Below, in pieces: positions 18,350-28,456 of a stretch of 64,000 nt of DNA; position 1 is the stretch's first letter, and each line of letters begins with the position of its first letter. Made by a program: the position numbers and the translations under genes. The stretch spans positions 17,045 to 81,044 of the forward strand of contig CALRGC010000001.1 of assembly GCA_943357105.1 (NCBI GenBank). The letters are read 5' to 3'. This DNA is from Candidatus Magasanikiibacteriota bacterium (GTDB taxonomy: Bacteria > Patescibacteriota > Patescibacteriia > Magasanikbacterales > GWA2-37-8). The notes below the pieces were generated by a model that was not told the DNA's origin, ran no database searches, and saw only the letters and a list, made by a program, of their open reading frames with translations.

Positions 18350-19288
18350 TCAAAACAAATCGCTGATTGAATCGCCGTCGTGGGTACGGCGAACGGCCTT
18401 GGCGAAGAGGCCGGCGACCGACACGACCTCGAGCTTGTCACTCACCTTCCCTTTCAAGGGGATGGTGTCGCTGACGAGCACCCGCTCGATGATGCTCTGG
18501 TTGATGCGGTCGATGGCCGGTCCAGAGAGGACCCCGTGGGTGGCCACGACCCGGACCGACAAGGCCCCGCGGTCCATGACGAACTTGGCGGCTTCCACGA
18601 TGGTCCCGCCCGTAGCAATTTCGTCATCCACGATGATCGCGTGCAGGCCACTGACATCCCCGATGAGGTTGGTGGCCGTCGCCTTGTCGTCGTCGCCGTA
18701 GCGGCGTTTGTCCACGACCGCGACTGGAAGTTGCAGACGATTGGCGAATTTGCCAATGTCCTTTGTTTCTCCCACATCGCCGGCGACCAGCACACAACCT
18801 TCCAGCTTCCACTGCTTCTTCATGTACTCGCAGAGCGTCGGCGCTCCCACCAGGTGATCGGTCGGGATGCGGAAGAAACCCTGGATCTGCGGGGAATGCA
18901 AGTCCATCATCATCACTCGATTGGCGCCAGCTGTATGCAGGAGATCGGCCATCAGGCGCGCCGTGATCGAGATCCGGGGCTTGTCCTTCTTGTCGGAGCG
19001 AGCATAGAAGTAGTAGGGCATGACGACCGTGATCCGATTCGCCGACGCGTGTTTGAGGGCGTCGACAGCGATGAGCATTTCCACAATGCCGTCGCTGACC
19101 GGAGGGGCCATGGTCTGGATGTAGAAGACATCACAGCCGCGGACATTTTCGCCGATCTGGACCATCAGATTCTCGTTGCTGAAGCGCACCGTCTTGCTCG
19201 GAGTGAGCTTGAGATCCAGATGACCGCAGATGTTCTCAGCGAAATGGGTGTGGCTGCTACCGGAGATGACGCGAATGTTGCCGTTCAT
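18350..19288 (-). CDS. prs: Ribose-phosphate pyrophosphokinase (GC-rich gene)
   Basis: PYYFYARSDKK, DLHSPQIQGFF, IVDDEIATGGT. Confidence 0.95.
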   Translation of the reverse strand: MNGNIRVISGSSHTHFAENICGHLDLKLTPSKTVRFSNENLMVQIGENVRGCDVFYIQTMAPPVSDGIVEMLIAVDALKHASANRITVVMPYYFYARSDKKDKPRISITARLMADLLHTAGANRVMMMDLHSPQIQGFFRIPTDHLVGAPTLCEYMKKQWKLEGCVLVAGDVGETKDIGKFANRLQLPVAVVDKRRYGDDDKATATNLIGDVSGLHAIIVDDEIATGGTIVEAAKFVMDRGALSVRVVATHGVLSGPAIDRINQSIIERVLVSDTIPLKGKVSDKLEVVSVAGLFAKAVRRTHDGDSISDLF

Positions 19289-19472
19289 GGTGTTTCCTCA
19301 CTTTGAAAAGAGCGTTTGGGTACGAAAAACGATCCGCCTTGGATCGTTGCTGAGTTGTTAATTATATTAAACCTTCCAATACTCATAATGTCAATCAAGT
19401 GTCAATATATTTTTGTTTACTTTTGTTATACCTTGACTTTTTGATAAAATAATATATAATATGGTTCGTAAT

Positions 19473-19544
19473 GGCCTCATCGTCTAATGGTTAGGACAGC
19501 TCGCTTTCAATGAGCAAATACGAGTTCGATTCTCGTTGGGGCTA
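19473..19544 (+). tRNA. tRNA-Glu(TTC)
   Basis: GGCCTCA acceptor stem, CTTTCAA anticodon loop, GTTCGATTC T-loop. Confidence 0.9.
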
Positions 19545-19800
19545 CAAAACGGGTTTTACCTTCGGCGAAAGCCTTGGAAAGCTCAAAGGTTAGCGACAAT
19601 TTAGGTGTTCCATTAACTAAATTTTCGTAGGTTGGGAATTCCTTGAACAACAGGCCAAACATGGCCTGTTGTTTTGTCATATTATCGCTAACTATAAGGA
19701 AATACTCAGGGTGTTCCATTAAATATTTGACGTGATTTATAAACGCCTTAATTTCGTATTCTGTCACCTCAATTTCTTGTCTTTCTTCTTGAGTGTTTAT
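19507..19800 (-). pseudogene. C-terminal fragment of a probable large serine recombinase reading antisense into tRNA-Glu
   Basis: YLMEHP..FGL.F...PTY..NGTPKLSL.F tail recalled from recombinase C-termini; no catalytic N-terminus; frame ends inside the tRNA. Confidence 0.5.
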
Positions 19801-20308
19801 AATTCGTTTTTCTAAACCACTCAAGCGCGGTGACAGAGGCCATGACGTAGAACATTTGCAGATACTTTTGGCCAGCCATCCTTTTCTTTATAAAGAGGGG
19901 CTAATTACCGGATATTACAGCAATCTTACAGAGCGGGCAGTCTCGTCGTTTCAAGATCATTATAAACTCAATGTTCCGGTAGTAGGATTGGCCGATCTAC
20001 GCACCCTGAAAGAATTAGAGATGGTTTCGGCAGTTGAGCAAGTTGGCATTGCCGCGGACAAAGTAATATGGTTGGATAGTTTACGTTATGGTTCGGTAGG
20101 TGAAGATGTCGTGAGATTGCAAAAGGCTTTAATCAATTTTGAAAGTTATCCCGAAGCTTTGGTAACCGGATATTTTGGTCCACTTACTCGTAAAGCCGTA
20201 GCGCGTTTTCAAAAAGAACATTACATCTTTCCGGCGGTTGGGTACTTTGGCGCTGTAACACAGCATCGTATGCACGATCTGCTTAGAGCTCAGCGAGTGA
20301 CTTGGTAG
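19793..20308 (+). pseudogene. Tandem peptidoglycan-binding domain protein, probably 5'-truncated
   Basis: Two LxxGxxGxDVxxLQ...TGY(Y/F)xxLTxxAVxxFQ repeats; no good start or promoter. Confidence 0.7.
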
Positions 20309-20447
20309 TCTGACTCTTGACAAAAACCATATTTTATGCTATACTTAACTGTTTTTAATCAACAGCCGTGACTTTCGCGGCCTAGACTCGAATCTCTTCA
20401 AGTGTCGCATTTATGTGGCCCCAAGTGAAATCGGGTCACATATATTT

Positions 20448-21743
20448 ATGACACAGATACAAAAAAGTATCACTAATTTTGGTGAATTGGGCTTAGCGCC
20501 CAAATTACTCTCGGTCCTTGAGACCAATGGTTTTATTCATCCGACACCTATTCAACAGCAGGCTATCCCGTTTGCTTTGCAAGGTAAAGATGTAGTAGGA
20601 ATAGCGCAAACCGGTACCGGCAAGACGCTGGCTTTTGGTTTGCCGATGATTCAGATTTTGTCTCGCAATAAGGGGCAAGGTTTGGTATTGGTCCCAACGC
20701 GCGAGCTCGCTTTGCAGGTAGAAGAAACTTTACAAAAAGTTGGTCGCTCAATTGGGTTGCAAACCGTGGTGCTAATTGGAGGCGCGCCAATGTATGCGCA
20801 GACTAGAGCTTTGCGTAATAGTCCGCATATTATTATCGCTACTCCTGGGCGTCTGATGGATCACATGGAGCAGAAGACGGTAAATTTACAAAATGTTAAA
20901 ATCGTGGTGCTTGATGAAGCCGATCGCATGTATGATATTGGTTTTGCTCCACAGGTAAAACAAATTTTGCGCGCGGTGCCAAGCGATCGTCAAAGTATGT
21001 TGTTTTCAGCGACTATGCCGACCGCGATTGCTTCTATTGCCACCCACTCGATGAAAAATCCGGTGCGCGTGGAAGTGGCACCGGTGGGTACGACTGCCAA
21101 ACTGATTGATCAAGCCATATATATGGTAGGCAAAGAATTACGCTTGCAGTTACTTGATTTTTTATTAGAAAAAGAACCAGGCACAGTGTTGGTTTTTTCT
21201 CGCACCAAACATGGCGCCAAAAAAATCGCGTCTGCTATTCGCAATATGAATCACACCGCGATGGAAATCCACTCGGATCGTTCGTTGGCTCAACGCCGCG
21301 CCGCACTCAGTGGATTTAAATCTGGCGCGCATCGCGTACTGGTAGCTACTGATATTGCCGCGCGCGGTATTGATGTAACTGGAATTTCTTTGGTTATAAA
21401 TTTTGATCTGCCAAATAATTCGGAAGACTATGTGCATCGCATTGGCCGTACTGGTCGTGCCGGTGCGTCTGGTCGGGCGGTTTCTTTTGCTTCGCCGGAT
21501 GAACGCGGCGTGTTGCGTGATATCGAACGCCTGATAAAAAAACCTTTACCAATTTTGGCTTTGCCGGTGTTGCCGCCAAAGCGTCCTCAATCCAATTCGG
21601 CTCATACTATGAATCATGAACCTCGTGTCCATAGTCACGCCAATCACAGTCGACCAAGATGGGGAAATAATCAACGTGGTGGTGGAAACGGTCAGCGTAC
21701 CAATAAATTCTCTAATCCTCGTCACGCCCGCGGTCGCTACTAA
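20448..21743 (+). CDS. DEAD-box RNA helicase (RhlE-like)
   Basis: AQTGTGKT, PTRELA, DEAD, SAT, HRIGRTGR. Confidence 0.95.
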   Translation: MTQIQKSITNFGELGLAPKLLSVLETNGFIHPTPIQQQAIPFALQGKDVVGIAQTGTGKTLAFGLPMIQILSRNKGQGLVLVPTRELALQVEETLQKVGRSIGLQTVVLIGGAPMYAQTRALRNSPHIIIATPGRLMDHMEQKTVNLQNVKIVVLDEADRMYDIGFAPQVKQILRAVPSDRQSMLFSATMPTAIASIATHSMKNPVRVEVAPVGTTAKLIDQAIYMVGKELRLQLLDFLLEKEPGTVLVFSRTKHGAKKIASAIRNMNHTAMEIHSDRSLAQRRAALSGFKSGAHRVLVATDIAARGIDVTGISLVINFDLPNNSEDYVHRIGRTGRAGASGRAVSFASPDERGVLRDIERLIKKPLPILALPVLPPKRPQSNSAHTMNHEPRVHSHANHSRPRWGNNQRGGGNGQRTNKFSNPRHARGRY

Positions 21744-21899
21744 TTTTATAAGTTTAAGCTCCTCCAGAATTTGGGGGAGCTTTTTGTTTACCATTGACTT
21801 TTTGGCTTAAGTATGATTAAATATTGTCCATGTTGTGCCGCCACTTCGGTTGCATGATGAGTCCAGCACCTGTATGGTGCGTTTCCCAGGAGTTATCCC

Positions 21900-22070
21900 A
21901 TGGCCAAGACCCGCGAGTTCGACCGCATCCCGTTCGCCGAGATCACCAAGAAGTTCCGGCAGGACAAGCTGAACGCCAATACGGCTTCTAGCCGTCCGAC
22001 CAAGCGTCGCCGCGAGAACCGGACCCAGGTCCAGTTCGTGCGGCCTGTCCGTCGCCGCAAGCAGTCGTAG
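21900..22070 (+). CDS. Small basic GC-rich protein (56 aa), below the ORF-track cutoff
   Basis: AGGAG 7 nt before ATG; MAKTREFDRIPFAEITKKFRQDKLNANTASSRPTKRRRENRTQVQFVRPVRRRKQS; G/C third-position bias. Confidence 0.6.
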   Translation: MAKTREFDRIPFAEITKKFRQDKLNANTASSRPTKRRRENRTQVQFVRPVRRRKQS

Positions 22071-22254
22071 GCGGGCCTCTCCGCCGCTGTTCCTTGCGGG
22101 CAACCGCAGCAGGGCGTTGCGGTTCTCCTCCAGACCGTTCGCCTTCGCTATCTGCAAACAAATTTTGTTTTCAGATAGCGCGAACGATCTCTTATAAAAA
22201 CATCCCTATTTCATAGGGATGTTTTTTTTGTTATACTATCTTTATCAATTTTAT

Positions 22255-23298
22255 ATGTATAAACAATTAATTTTTCCCATCCTTTCTAAATTCGACCCCG
22301 AAGACGCCCATAATTTTATTTTTTCTTTTCTTAAAATAATTTTTCGTTTTCCCGGCGCCGGCTTGATAACTAAAAAAATTTATAGCGTCCAGAATAAAAA
22401 ATTAGAGCGTACGGTTTTTGGTTTGAAATTTAAAAATCCGGTTGGTCTGGCCGCCGGACTGGACAAAGGCGCCAAACTCTTTGAAGAACTAGCTTGTTTT
22501 GGTTTTGGCTTTATTGAAATTGGTACCGTCACTCCCAAGCCCCAGCCCGGCAATGATCGCCCGCGTCTTTTTCGTCTCAAGAGCGATGAAGCACTTATCA
22601 ATCGTATGGGTTTTAATGGCGAAGGGGTGCAAGCGGTGGTGGAGCGTCTGAAAAAAAGAAGCAACTATGAGGTAGTGATTGGTGGCAATATTGGAAAAAA
22701 TAAAGTAACCAGCAATGAAGAAGCGGTCAATGATTATGAAATTTGTTTTAATGAGCTTTTTCCTTGGGTTGATTATTTTGTTGTCAATGTTAGCTCGCCC
22801 AATACTCCCGGGTTACGCGCTCTGCAAGATAAAGAGCCACTCACAAAATTATTATGCCATTTGCAAAAATTAAATTGGCAAAAAGATAATCCCAAACCGA
22901 TTTTATTAAAAATTGCGCCCGATCTTACCAACGAACAGCTGGATGATATTATTGAAATTATCAAAAATACAAAAATTGATGGCGTGATTGCGACCAATAC
23001 TACTATTGAAAGAGGGGGACTAAAAATATCTTCGGCAGAAATTGAAAAAATCGGTATGGGTGGATTGAGTGGTCGTCCACTAATGAAGCGCAGTACTGAG
23101 GTCGTTCGTTATCTGGCCGATAAATCCGGACATAGTTTTCCGATAATCGCGGCGGGTGGTATTCATACTTCGGCCGATGCGATTGAAAAAATAAAAGCAG
23201 GCGCCACTTTGGTACAAATTTATACCGGTTTTATTTACGAAGGCCCGGCATTGATCAAAAAAATCAATCGAGCCATCTTGTCCACAGAGGTGGTTTGA
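22255..23298 (+). CDS. pyrD: Quinone-dependent dihydroorotate dehydrogenase (class 2)
   Basis: [30 protein letters not shown]. Confidence 0.93.
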   Translation: MYKQLIFPILSKFDPEDAHNFIFSFLKIIFRFPGAGLITKKIYSVQNKKLERTVFGLKFKNPVGLAAGLDKGAKLFEELACFGFGFIEIGTVTPKPQPGNDRPRLFRLKSDEALINRMGFNGEGVQAVVERLKKRSNYEVVIGGNIGKNKVTSNEEAVNDYEICFNELFPWVDYFVVNVSSPNTPGLRALQDKEPLTKLLCHLQKLNWQKDNPKPILLKIAPDLTNEQLDDIIEIIKNTKIDGVIATNTTIERGGLKISSAEIEKIGMGGLSGRPLMKRSTEVVRYLADKSGHSFPIIAAGGIHTSADAIEKIKAGATLVQIYTGFIYEGPALIKKINRAILSTEVV

Positions 23299-23371
23299 CG
23301 GGAAAAATTTTAAGAATTATCATACCATCATATATTGGTAAATTATATATATCTATTTTTAAATTTTTAAT

Positions 23372-23602
23372 ATGGGTGTTGAAATTTGGAATCGTGAAGA
23401 AGGAGATTGGGAAGAAGGTTGGAGTACGACAAAAAAGAAAAAACCAGCTGATCAGCCCAAGCCTGAGGATATGCCTGATATTCGAGATTTACCGGAGTTG
23501 GGAATTATTCCAGCGGTGCCGAATAAGAGAAATAATGATCGACCTGGGTCTGGCAGATTGCCTGGTGAATTAAATAAAGATAAAAAAGAAGATGTAAATT
23601 AA
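23372..23602 (+). CDS. Small hydrophilic hypothetical protein
   Basis: ATG ORF ending 3 nt before the DoxX gene. Confidence 0.45.
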   Translation: MGVEIWNREEGDWEEGWSTTKKKKPADQPKPEDMPDIRDLPELGIIPAVPNKRNNDRPGSGRLPGELNKDKKEDVN

Positions 23603-23605
23603 AAT

Positions 23606-24013
23606 ATGAATAATCAAAAATTATCTTCGTTGGCTCCGTTGGTTTTGCGCCTAGGGATGGGCGTGGTGGTGGCGTGGTTTGGTACTTCGCAAATTCACAA
23701 TCCGGCTGATTGGGCGGACTTAGTACCGGGCTGGGCGTCTGATCTATCTGGATTGAGTGGTTTGTTAATTGTTAATATTAATCGTTGGTTTGAGGTGATT
23801 GCCGCCTTGTTGTTGGCCTTGGGTTTTTGGGTGCGTTGGGTAGGATTACTTTTGGCCGTTCATTTGTTTGTGATTGCCAGTACTTTTGGCTTCACCAGTC
23901 CCACCGGTATTCGAGATTATGGTTTGAGCTTCGCCCTACTTTCAATTTTTTTTGCCGGTCAAGATAAATATTGTCTTGGTAAGAAAGAAGTGGTAGTCAC
24001 GGAAAATAAATAA
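23606..24013 (+). CDS. DoxX family membrane protein
   Basis: LRLGMG..WFG, four TM segments, RDYGL. Confidence 0.8.
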   Translation: MNNQKLSSLAPLVLRLGMGVVVAWFGTSQIHNPADWADLVPGWASDLSGLSGLLIVNINRWFEVIAALLLALGFWVRWVGLLLAVHLFVIASTFGFTSPTGIRDYGLSFALLSIFFAGQDKYCLGKKEVVVTENK

Positions 24014-24064
24014 TTTTTTTAACAAAAAATACCCTCGATATATTTCCAGGGTATTTTATTTTTA

Positions 24065-24580
24065 TTATTCTACAGTCAAAGTGCCGGTCATATCACGGTG
24101 ACCTTCGCCGCATGGTACGCCACAGCGGAAATTGAAAGTGCCGGCTTTGTCGGCGACAAATTCTACCGTCTGGGTCTGTCCAGGTTCGAGCATCACATTC
24201 AGATTATAATCTTTTAGCATAAAACTGTGGGTCACATCAGTGCTGGTAATTGTCAGGCGAACTTTATCACCTTTTTTTACCGTAATATTATTGGGCGCAA
24301 ATTGCCAATCTTTGGCGGTGATAGTAAACTCTTTTATTGTTTCTTTGGCTGGGGTTGAGACAGGGGCGGGAGCGGGAGTCGGGACGACAGTCTTAGCCAC
24401 TGGCGGTTTTGCTATTGTGGCATTTGTGCCAAGATTTTGATTCTGCTCAGCAGTAGTATTTTTTTCTTCGCCTTTTTCTTGGGCGTTCAAATTATTTGGA
24501 GTAGATGAATTACAACCTGCCCCCATGAGCATTAAAGCGGCTACGGTTCCAGCCAACAAACCAAACTGTTTTTTGTTCAT
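24065..24580 (-). CDS. Cupredoxin-domain lipoprotein with CuA-like site
   Basis: LMGAGC lipobox; DVTHSF and CGVPCGEGHRDM ligand pattern. Confidence 0.85.
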   Translation of the reverse strand: MNKKQFGLLAGTVAALMLMGAGCNSSTPNNLNAQEKGEEKNTTAEQNQNLGTNATIAKPPVAKTVVPTPAPAPVSTPAKETIKEFTITAKDWQFAPNNITVKKGDKVRLTITSTDVTHSFMLKDYNLNVMLEPGQTQTVEFVADKAGTFNFRCGVPCGEGHRDMTGTLTVE

Positions 24581-24763
24581 ATTTATTAAAATTATGAATT
24601 ATAAATCTAATTATAGATGATTTTTTGAATCCAAGCAACCGGCTGTTTTTTTCAGGATTTCAACCTTTATTACAGCTGTTTTTGCTCTTTTATTTCAATT
24701 AGTTTAGGTCTTGTCTAAATTTTCAATAGTGTGTAAGATAATATGGTAAAATTAACCTTTTTT

Positions 24764-26404
24764 ATGAAAGCATCGGATTTATTTATCAAATGTTTGGAGG
24801 CTGAGGGCGTTAAGTATGTGTTTGGTGTACCGGGGGAAGAGAATCTGGACTTGCTTGAATCAATGCGTCAGTCGAGTATAAAATTTATTACTACCCGTCA
24901 TGAGCAAGCGGCGGTTTTTATGGCGGCTACTTTTGGACGATTGACTGGTAAGGCTGGGGTAGCTTTGTCTACCTTGGGTCCAGGCGCGACTAATCTGGTC
25001 ACTGGTGTGGCCTATGCTCAGTTGGGTGGGATGCCACTTCTGGTAATTACTGGCCAGAAACCAATTCGTAAAAGTAAACAGGGTCGATTTCAAATCGTCG
25101 ATATTGTGCAGATGATGACTCCACTTACAAAAATGTCAGAGACGATTGTGAGCGCCGACCGAATTCCATCTTTGATCCGCCAAGCTTTCAAGGTGGCTGA
25201 ATCGGAATTACCAGGAGCGGTACATTTGGAATTACCGGAAGATATCGCGGTAGAAGAAAGTGATACGCTGCCCATAGTGCCGGTAAAAATTCGTCGCGCC
25301 GGTCCTGATCCCAAAGCGATAAATATGGCGTTTGAATTATTGAAACAAGCGCAGTCACCAATAGTGTTGATTGCCGCTGGCGCCAATCGTAAATTGGTGC
25401 GCAAACATTTGCAAGCCTTTTTGGATAAAACTAAGATTCCTTTTATTTCCACGCAGATGGGCAAAGGAGTGGTCGATGAAGCATCGGAACTTTATTTGGG
25501 TACGACTGCTCTAAGCACGGGAGATTTTGTTCATAAGATGTTACAAAAATCCGATTGTGTGCTGGTGGTCGGCCATAATATCAATGAAAAACCGCCGGTA
25601 GGGTTGAGTTCTCAAGAGCGTAATGTGATTCATCTGAATTTTAACGAAGCCGATGTAGATGATGTTTATATTCCGACACTCGAAGTAGTGGGCGATGTCG
25701 CGCATTCTATTTGGGCGTTGACCGAAGATATTACGCCCTCACCGCACTGGAATTTTGATTATTTTTATAGTCTGAAAAATAAATTACAAGAACATATCAA
25801 TGAAAAAAGTGCTGATGATAGTTTTCCTCTCAAGCCGCAACGGTTGGTGGCTGATTTGCAGGCAGTATTACCAAATGACGCTATTATGGCTCTAGATAAC
25901 GGCATGTATAAATTATGGATAGCTCGTCACTATAGTGCCCATGGACAAAATACCGTGTTGCTCGATAATGCTTTGGCCACAATGGGCGCGGGATTGCCCG
26001 GAGCAATGGGAGCCAAAATTTTATTTCCTGACAAAGCGGTGGTAGCTTTGGTTGGTGATGGTGGTTTGATGATGTCGGCTCAGGAAATTGAGACCGCTAT
26101 GCGCTTGAAATTAAATCTCGTCGTAGTGATAGTCAATGATAATGGTTATGGGATGATCAAATGGAAACAGCAAGGTGCTAAGTTTGATAATTTTGCTTTG
26201 GAATTTGGCAATCCAGATTTTGTGAAATTCGCCGAAAGTTTTGGTGCGCGTGGAGTGCGCGTGGAGAGTGCGCATGAATTCAGAGAAAAATTAAAATACG
26301 CTTTAGAGAATGGTGGTTTTTGGTTGATTGATTGTCCCGTAGATTATAGCGAAAATATTTTGGTTTTTGACAAAGAATTAAAAGAAAAGACTAAAGATTT
26401 ATAA
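24764..26404 (+). CDS. ThDP-dependent acetolactate synthase-like enzyme
   Basis: FGVPGEEN, RHEQ, GPGATN, GDGG...N ThDP motif. Confidence 0.9.
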   Translation: MKASDLFIKCLEAEGVKYVFGVPGEENLDLLESMRQSSIKFITTRHEQAAVFMAATFGRLTGKAGVALSTLGPGATNLVTGVAYAQLGGMPLLVITGQKPIRKSKQGRFQIVDIVQMMTPLTKMSETIVSADRIPSLIRQAFKVAESELPGAVHLELPEDIAVEESDTLPIVPVKIRRAGPDPKAINMAFELLKQAQSPIVLIAAGANRKLVRKHLQAFLDKTKIPFISTQMGKGVVDEASELYLGTTALSTGDFVHKMLQKSDCVLVVGHNINEKPPVGLSSQERNVIHLNFNEADVDDVYIPTLEVVGDVAHSIWALTEDITPSPHWNFDYFYSLKNKLQEHINEKSADDSFPLKPQRLVADLQAVLPNDAIMALDNGMYKLWIARHYSAHGQNTVLLDNALATMGAGLPGAMGAKILFPDKAVVALVGDGGLMMSAQEIETAMRLKLNLVVVIVNDNGYGMIKWKQQGAKFDNFALEFGNPDFVKFAESFGARGVRVESAHEFREKLKYALENGGFWLIDCPVDYSENILVFDKELKEKTKDL

Positions 26405-26405
26405 T

Positions 26406-27776
26406 ATGGTAATAATTTCTAAAAGTCCGGTCACTTGTGAAGTATTTGCTCAATTTTCTGAACTGAGTGGTGATGAAATAGAAAAAAAATTAGCGCTAGC
26501 GCGTAGTGTTTTTTTGAGTTGGCGTCAAACTAGCCTGGAAGAACGCGCGGTTTTGATGAGAAAAGTGGCGATAAAATTGCGTGAACAAAAAAATGATTTG
26601 GCCATTTTGATGGCGCAGGAGATGGGGAAAATTATCAAAGCCGGGCAAGCCGAAATAGAAAAATGTGCCAGTGTGTGCGATTATTACGCGGATAATGCCG
26701 CCAAATTTTTAGCATCAGATATTATTGCCACTGAAGCCAAAGAAAGTTTTGTCCGTTTTGATCCATTGGGTCCGGTGTTGGCGGTAATGCCGTGGAATTT
26801 TCCTTTTTGGCAAGTGTTGCGTTTTGCCGCGCCCGCGCTGATGGCCGGTAATGTTGGTTTGCTCAAACACGCTTCCAATGTGCCGCGCTGTGCTTTGGCT
26901 ATTGAAAAAATTTTTATTGATTGCGGATTTCCGGTGGGAATTTTTCAAACTTTATTAATTGGATCCGGTGCGGTAGAAAAAGTAGTTTTAGATGATAGAA
27001 TCGCGGCCGTGACTTTGACCGGTAGTGAATTTGCGGGTAGTCAGGTAGCCGCCGCCGCTGGTAAAGCGCTCAAAAAATGTGTGCTGGAATTGGGCGGCAG
27101 TGATCCGTTTATTGTTTTGGCTGACGCGGATTTAGTCGGGGCCGTAAAAGCGGCCGCTACAGCCAGAATGCAAAATAATGTTGGACAAAGTTGTATCGCT
27201 TCCAAAAGATTTATTGTGGAAGAATCGGTCGCGGCGGAATTTACCGCTGGTTTGGTCAAAGAATTTTCCGCATTAAAGGTGGGGGATCCCATACTCCCTG
27301 ATGTTAATGTTGGACCACTGGTAAACGAAACTGCTTTGAAAGAAATAGATAATCAAGTGCAAAAAACTTTGGCCATGGGGGCAAAATTAGAATTTGGTGG
27401 AAGTAGAGTGGGGGAAGTTGGAAATTTTTATTTGCCAACGGTGGTGAGTGGTGTTACTCAAGAAATGCCTTTATTCTCCGAAGAAGTTTTCGGCCCGGTA
27501 GCGCCTATTATGGTGGTAAAAAATTCAGATGAAGCTATAGCTGTCGCCAATAATTCTGCCTATGGTTTAGGGGCCACTATTTGGACTATGGATTTGGATA
27601 AGGCCAAAAGAATGGCTTCTCAAATAGACAGTGGTAGCGTGTATATTAATGGTGCCATGAAATCGGATGTGCGTTTGCCGTTTGGGGGGATAAAAAAGTC
27701 TGGTTTTGGGCGTGAGCTTGGATCTTATGGGATCAGAGAATTTGTTAATGTAAAGACGGTAGTGGTAGAAAAGTAA
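26406..27776 (+). CDS. NAD(P)-dependent succinate-semialdehyde dehydrogenase-like ALDH
   Basis: MPWNFPFWQ, LELGGSDP, GQSCIA, EEVFGP, PFGGIKKSG. Confidence 0.9.
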   Translation: MVIISKSPVTCEVFAQFSELSGDEIEKKLALARSVFLSWRQTSLEERAVLMRKVAIKLREQKNDLAILMAQEMGKIIKAGQAEIEKCASVCDYYADNAAKFLASDIIATEAKESFVRFDPLGPVLAVMPWNFPFWQVLRFAAPALMAGNVGLLKHASNVPRCALAIEKIFIDCGFPVGIFQTLLIGSGAVEKVVLDDRIAAVTLTGSEFAGSQVAAAAGKALKKCVLELGGSDPFIVLADADLVGAVKAAATARMQNNVGQSCIASKRFIVEESVAAEFTAGLVKEFSALKVGDPILPDVNVGPLVNETALKEIDNQVQKTLAMGAKLEFGGSRVGEVGNFYLPTVVSGVTQEMPLFSEEVFGPVAPIMVVKNSDEAIAVANNSAYGLGATIWTMDLDKAKRMASQIDSGSVYINGAMKSDVRLPFGGIKKSGFGRELGSYGIREFVNVKTVVVEK

Positions 27777-27866
27777 TTTTTGTGTGGATAGCTTATATTT
27801 ACCAACTACCTGTTTCTTGCTATAATTATATATAGTAATCAAGTTTAATTATTAAATTGTACACTT

Positions 27867-28412
27867 ATGTGTAACAAAATGAGTGCGATGTCTTGCGTAC
27901 ATGGCAAGATGAAGGATTTTGGTCTTTTGGCTTTGCGCCTGGCTTTGGGCGTGATTTTTATCTATGCCGGTTATGAAAAACTTGGTCCTGGTCATGCTAT
28001 GGCTGTTGGAATGTTTGGTAAGATGATTGGTCCAGAATCAGCCGGTGCTTTTTGGGCATATTTTGTCGGTTTGGCTGAATTTGTCGGTGGTTTGATGGTA
28101 TTGCTGGGTGTTTTTGCTACTTATGCTTCAGCTTGGTTGTCGGTAATTATGGTGGTAGCACTAGTATTATTGGCCAGAACTGGCGGTGGCTTCATGAATT
28201 TATTTACTCCGATCGCTGTTTTGGGTGGTACTTTAGCTTTATTGGGTTCTGGTGCCGGCAGTTACCGTTTGGTACAATGTGAATGTCATTGTCCAAAATG
28301 CAAAGCAATGTGTGGTGATGGACAGTGTGAACCAAAAGCCGCAATGTCACCAATGGATGTAAAATCGATGGGTGGATGCTGTGGATCAGGCAACTGCGGA
28401 GATAAAAAATAG
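27867..28412 (+). CDS. DoxX family protein with Cys-rich C-terminal tail
   Basis: LRLALGVIFIYAGYEK, AEFVGGL; tail CECHCPKC...CC...C. Confidence 0.82.
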   Translation: MCNKMSAMSCVHGKMKDFGLLALRLALGVIFIYAGYEKLGPGHAMAVGMFGKMIGPESAGAFWAYFVGLAEFVGGLMVLLGVFATYASAWLSVIMVVALVLLARTGGGFMNLFTPIAVLGGTLALLGSGAGSYRLVQCECHCPKCKAMCGDGQCEPKAAMSPMDVKSMGGCCGSGNCGDKK

Positions 28413-28456
28413 AAAACTAAAAACAAAAACACCTCGGAAAAAATTTCGAGGTGTTT

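Noticed and set aside
18380-19306. 308-aa plus-strand ORF
   Set aside because: Antisense shadow of the GC-rich prs gene
21850-21890. Second hammerhead suggested by TGATGAGTCC
   Set aside because: Lacks the preceding C, the GGAC partner and the GAAA core
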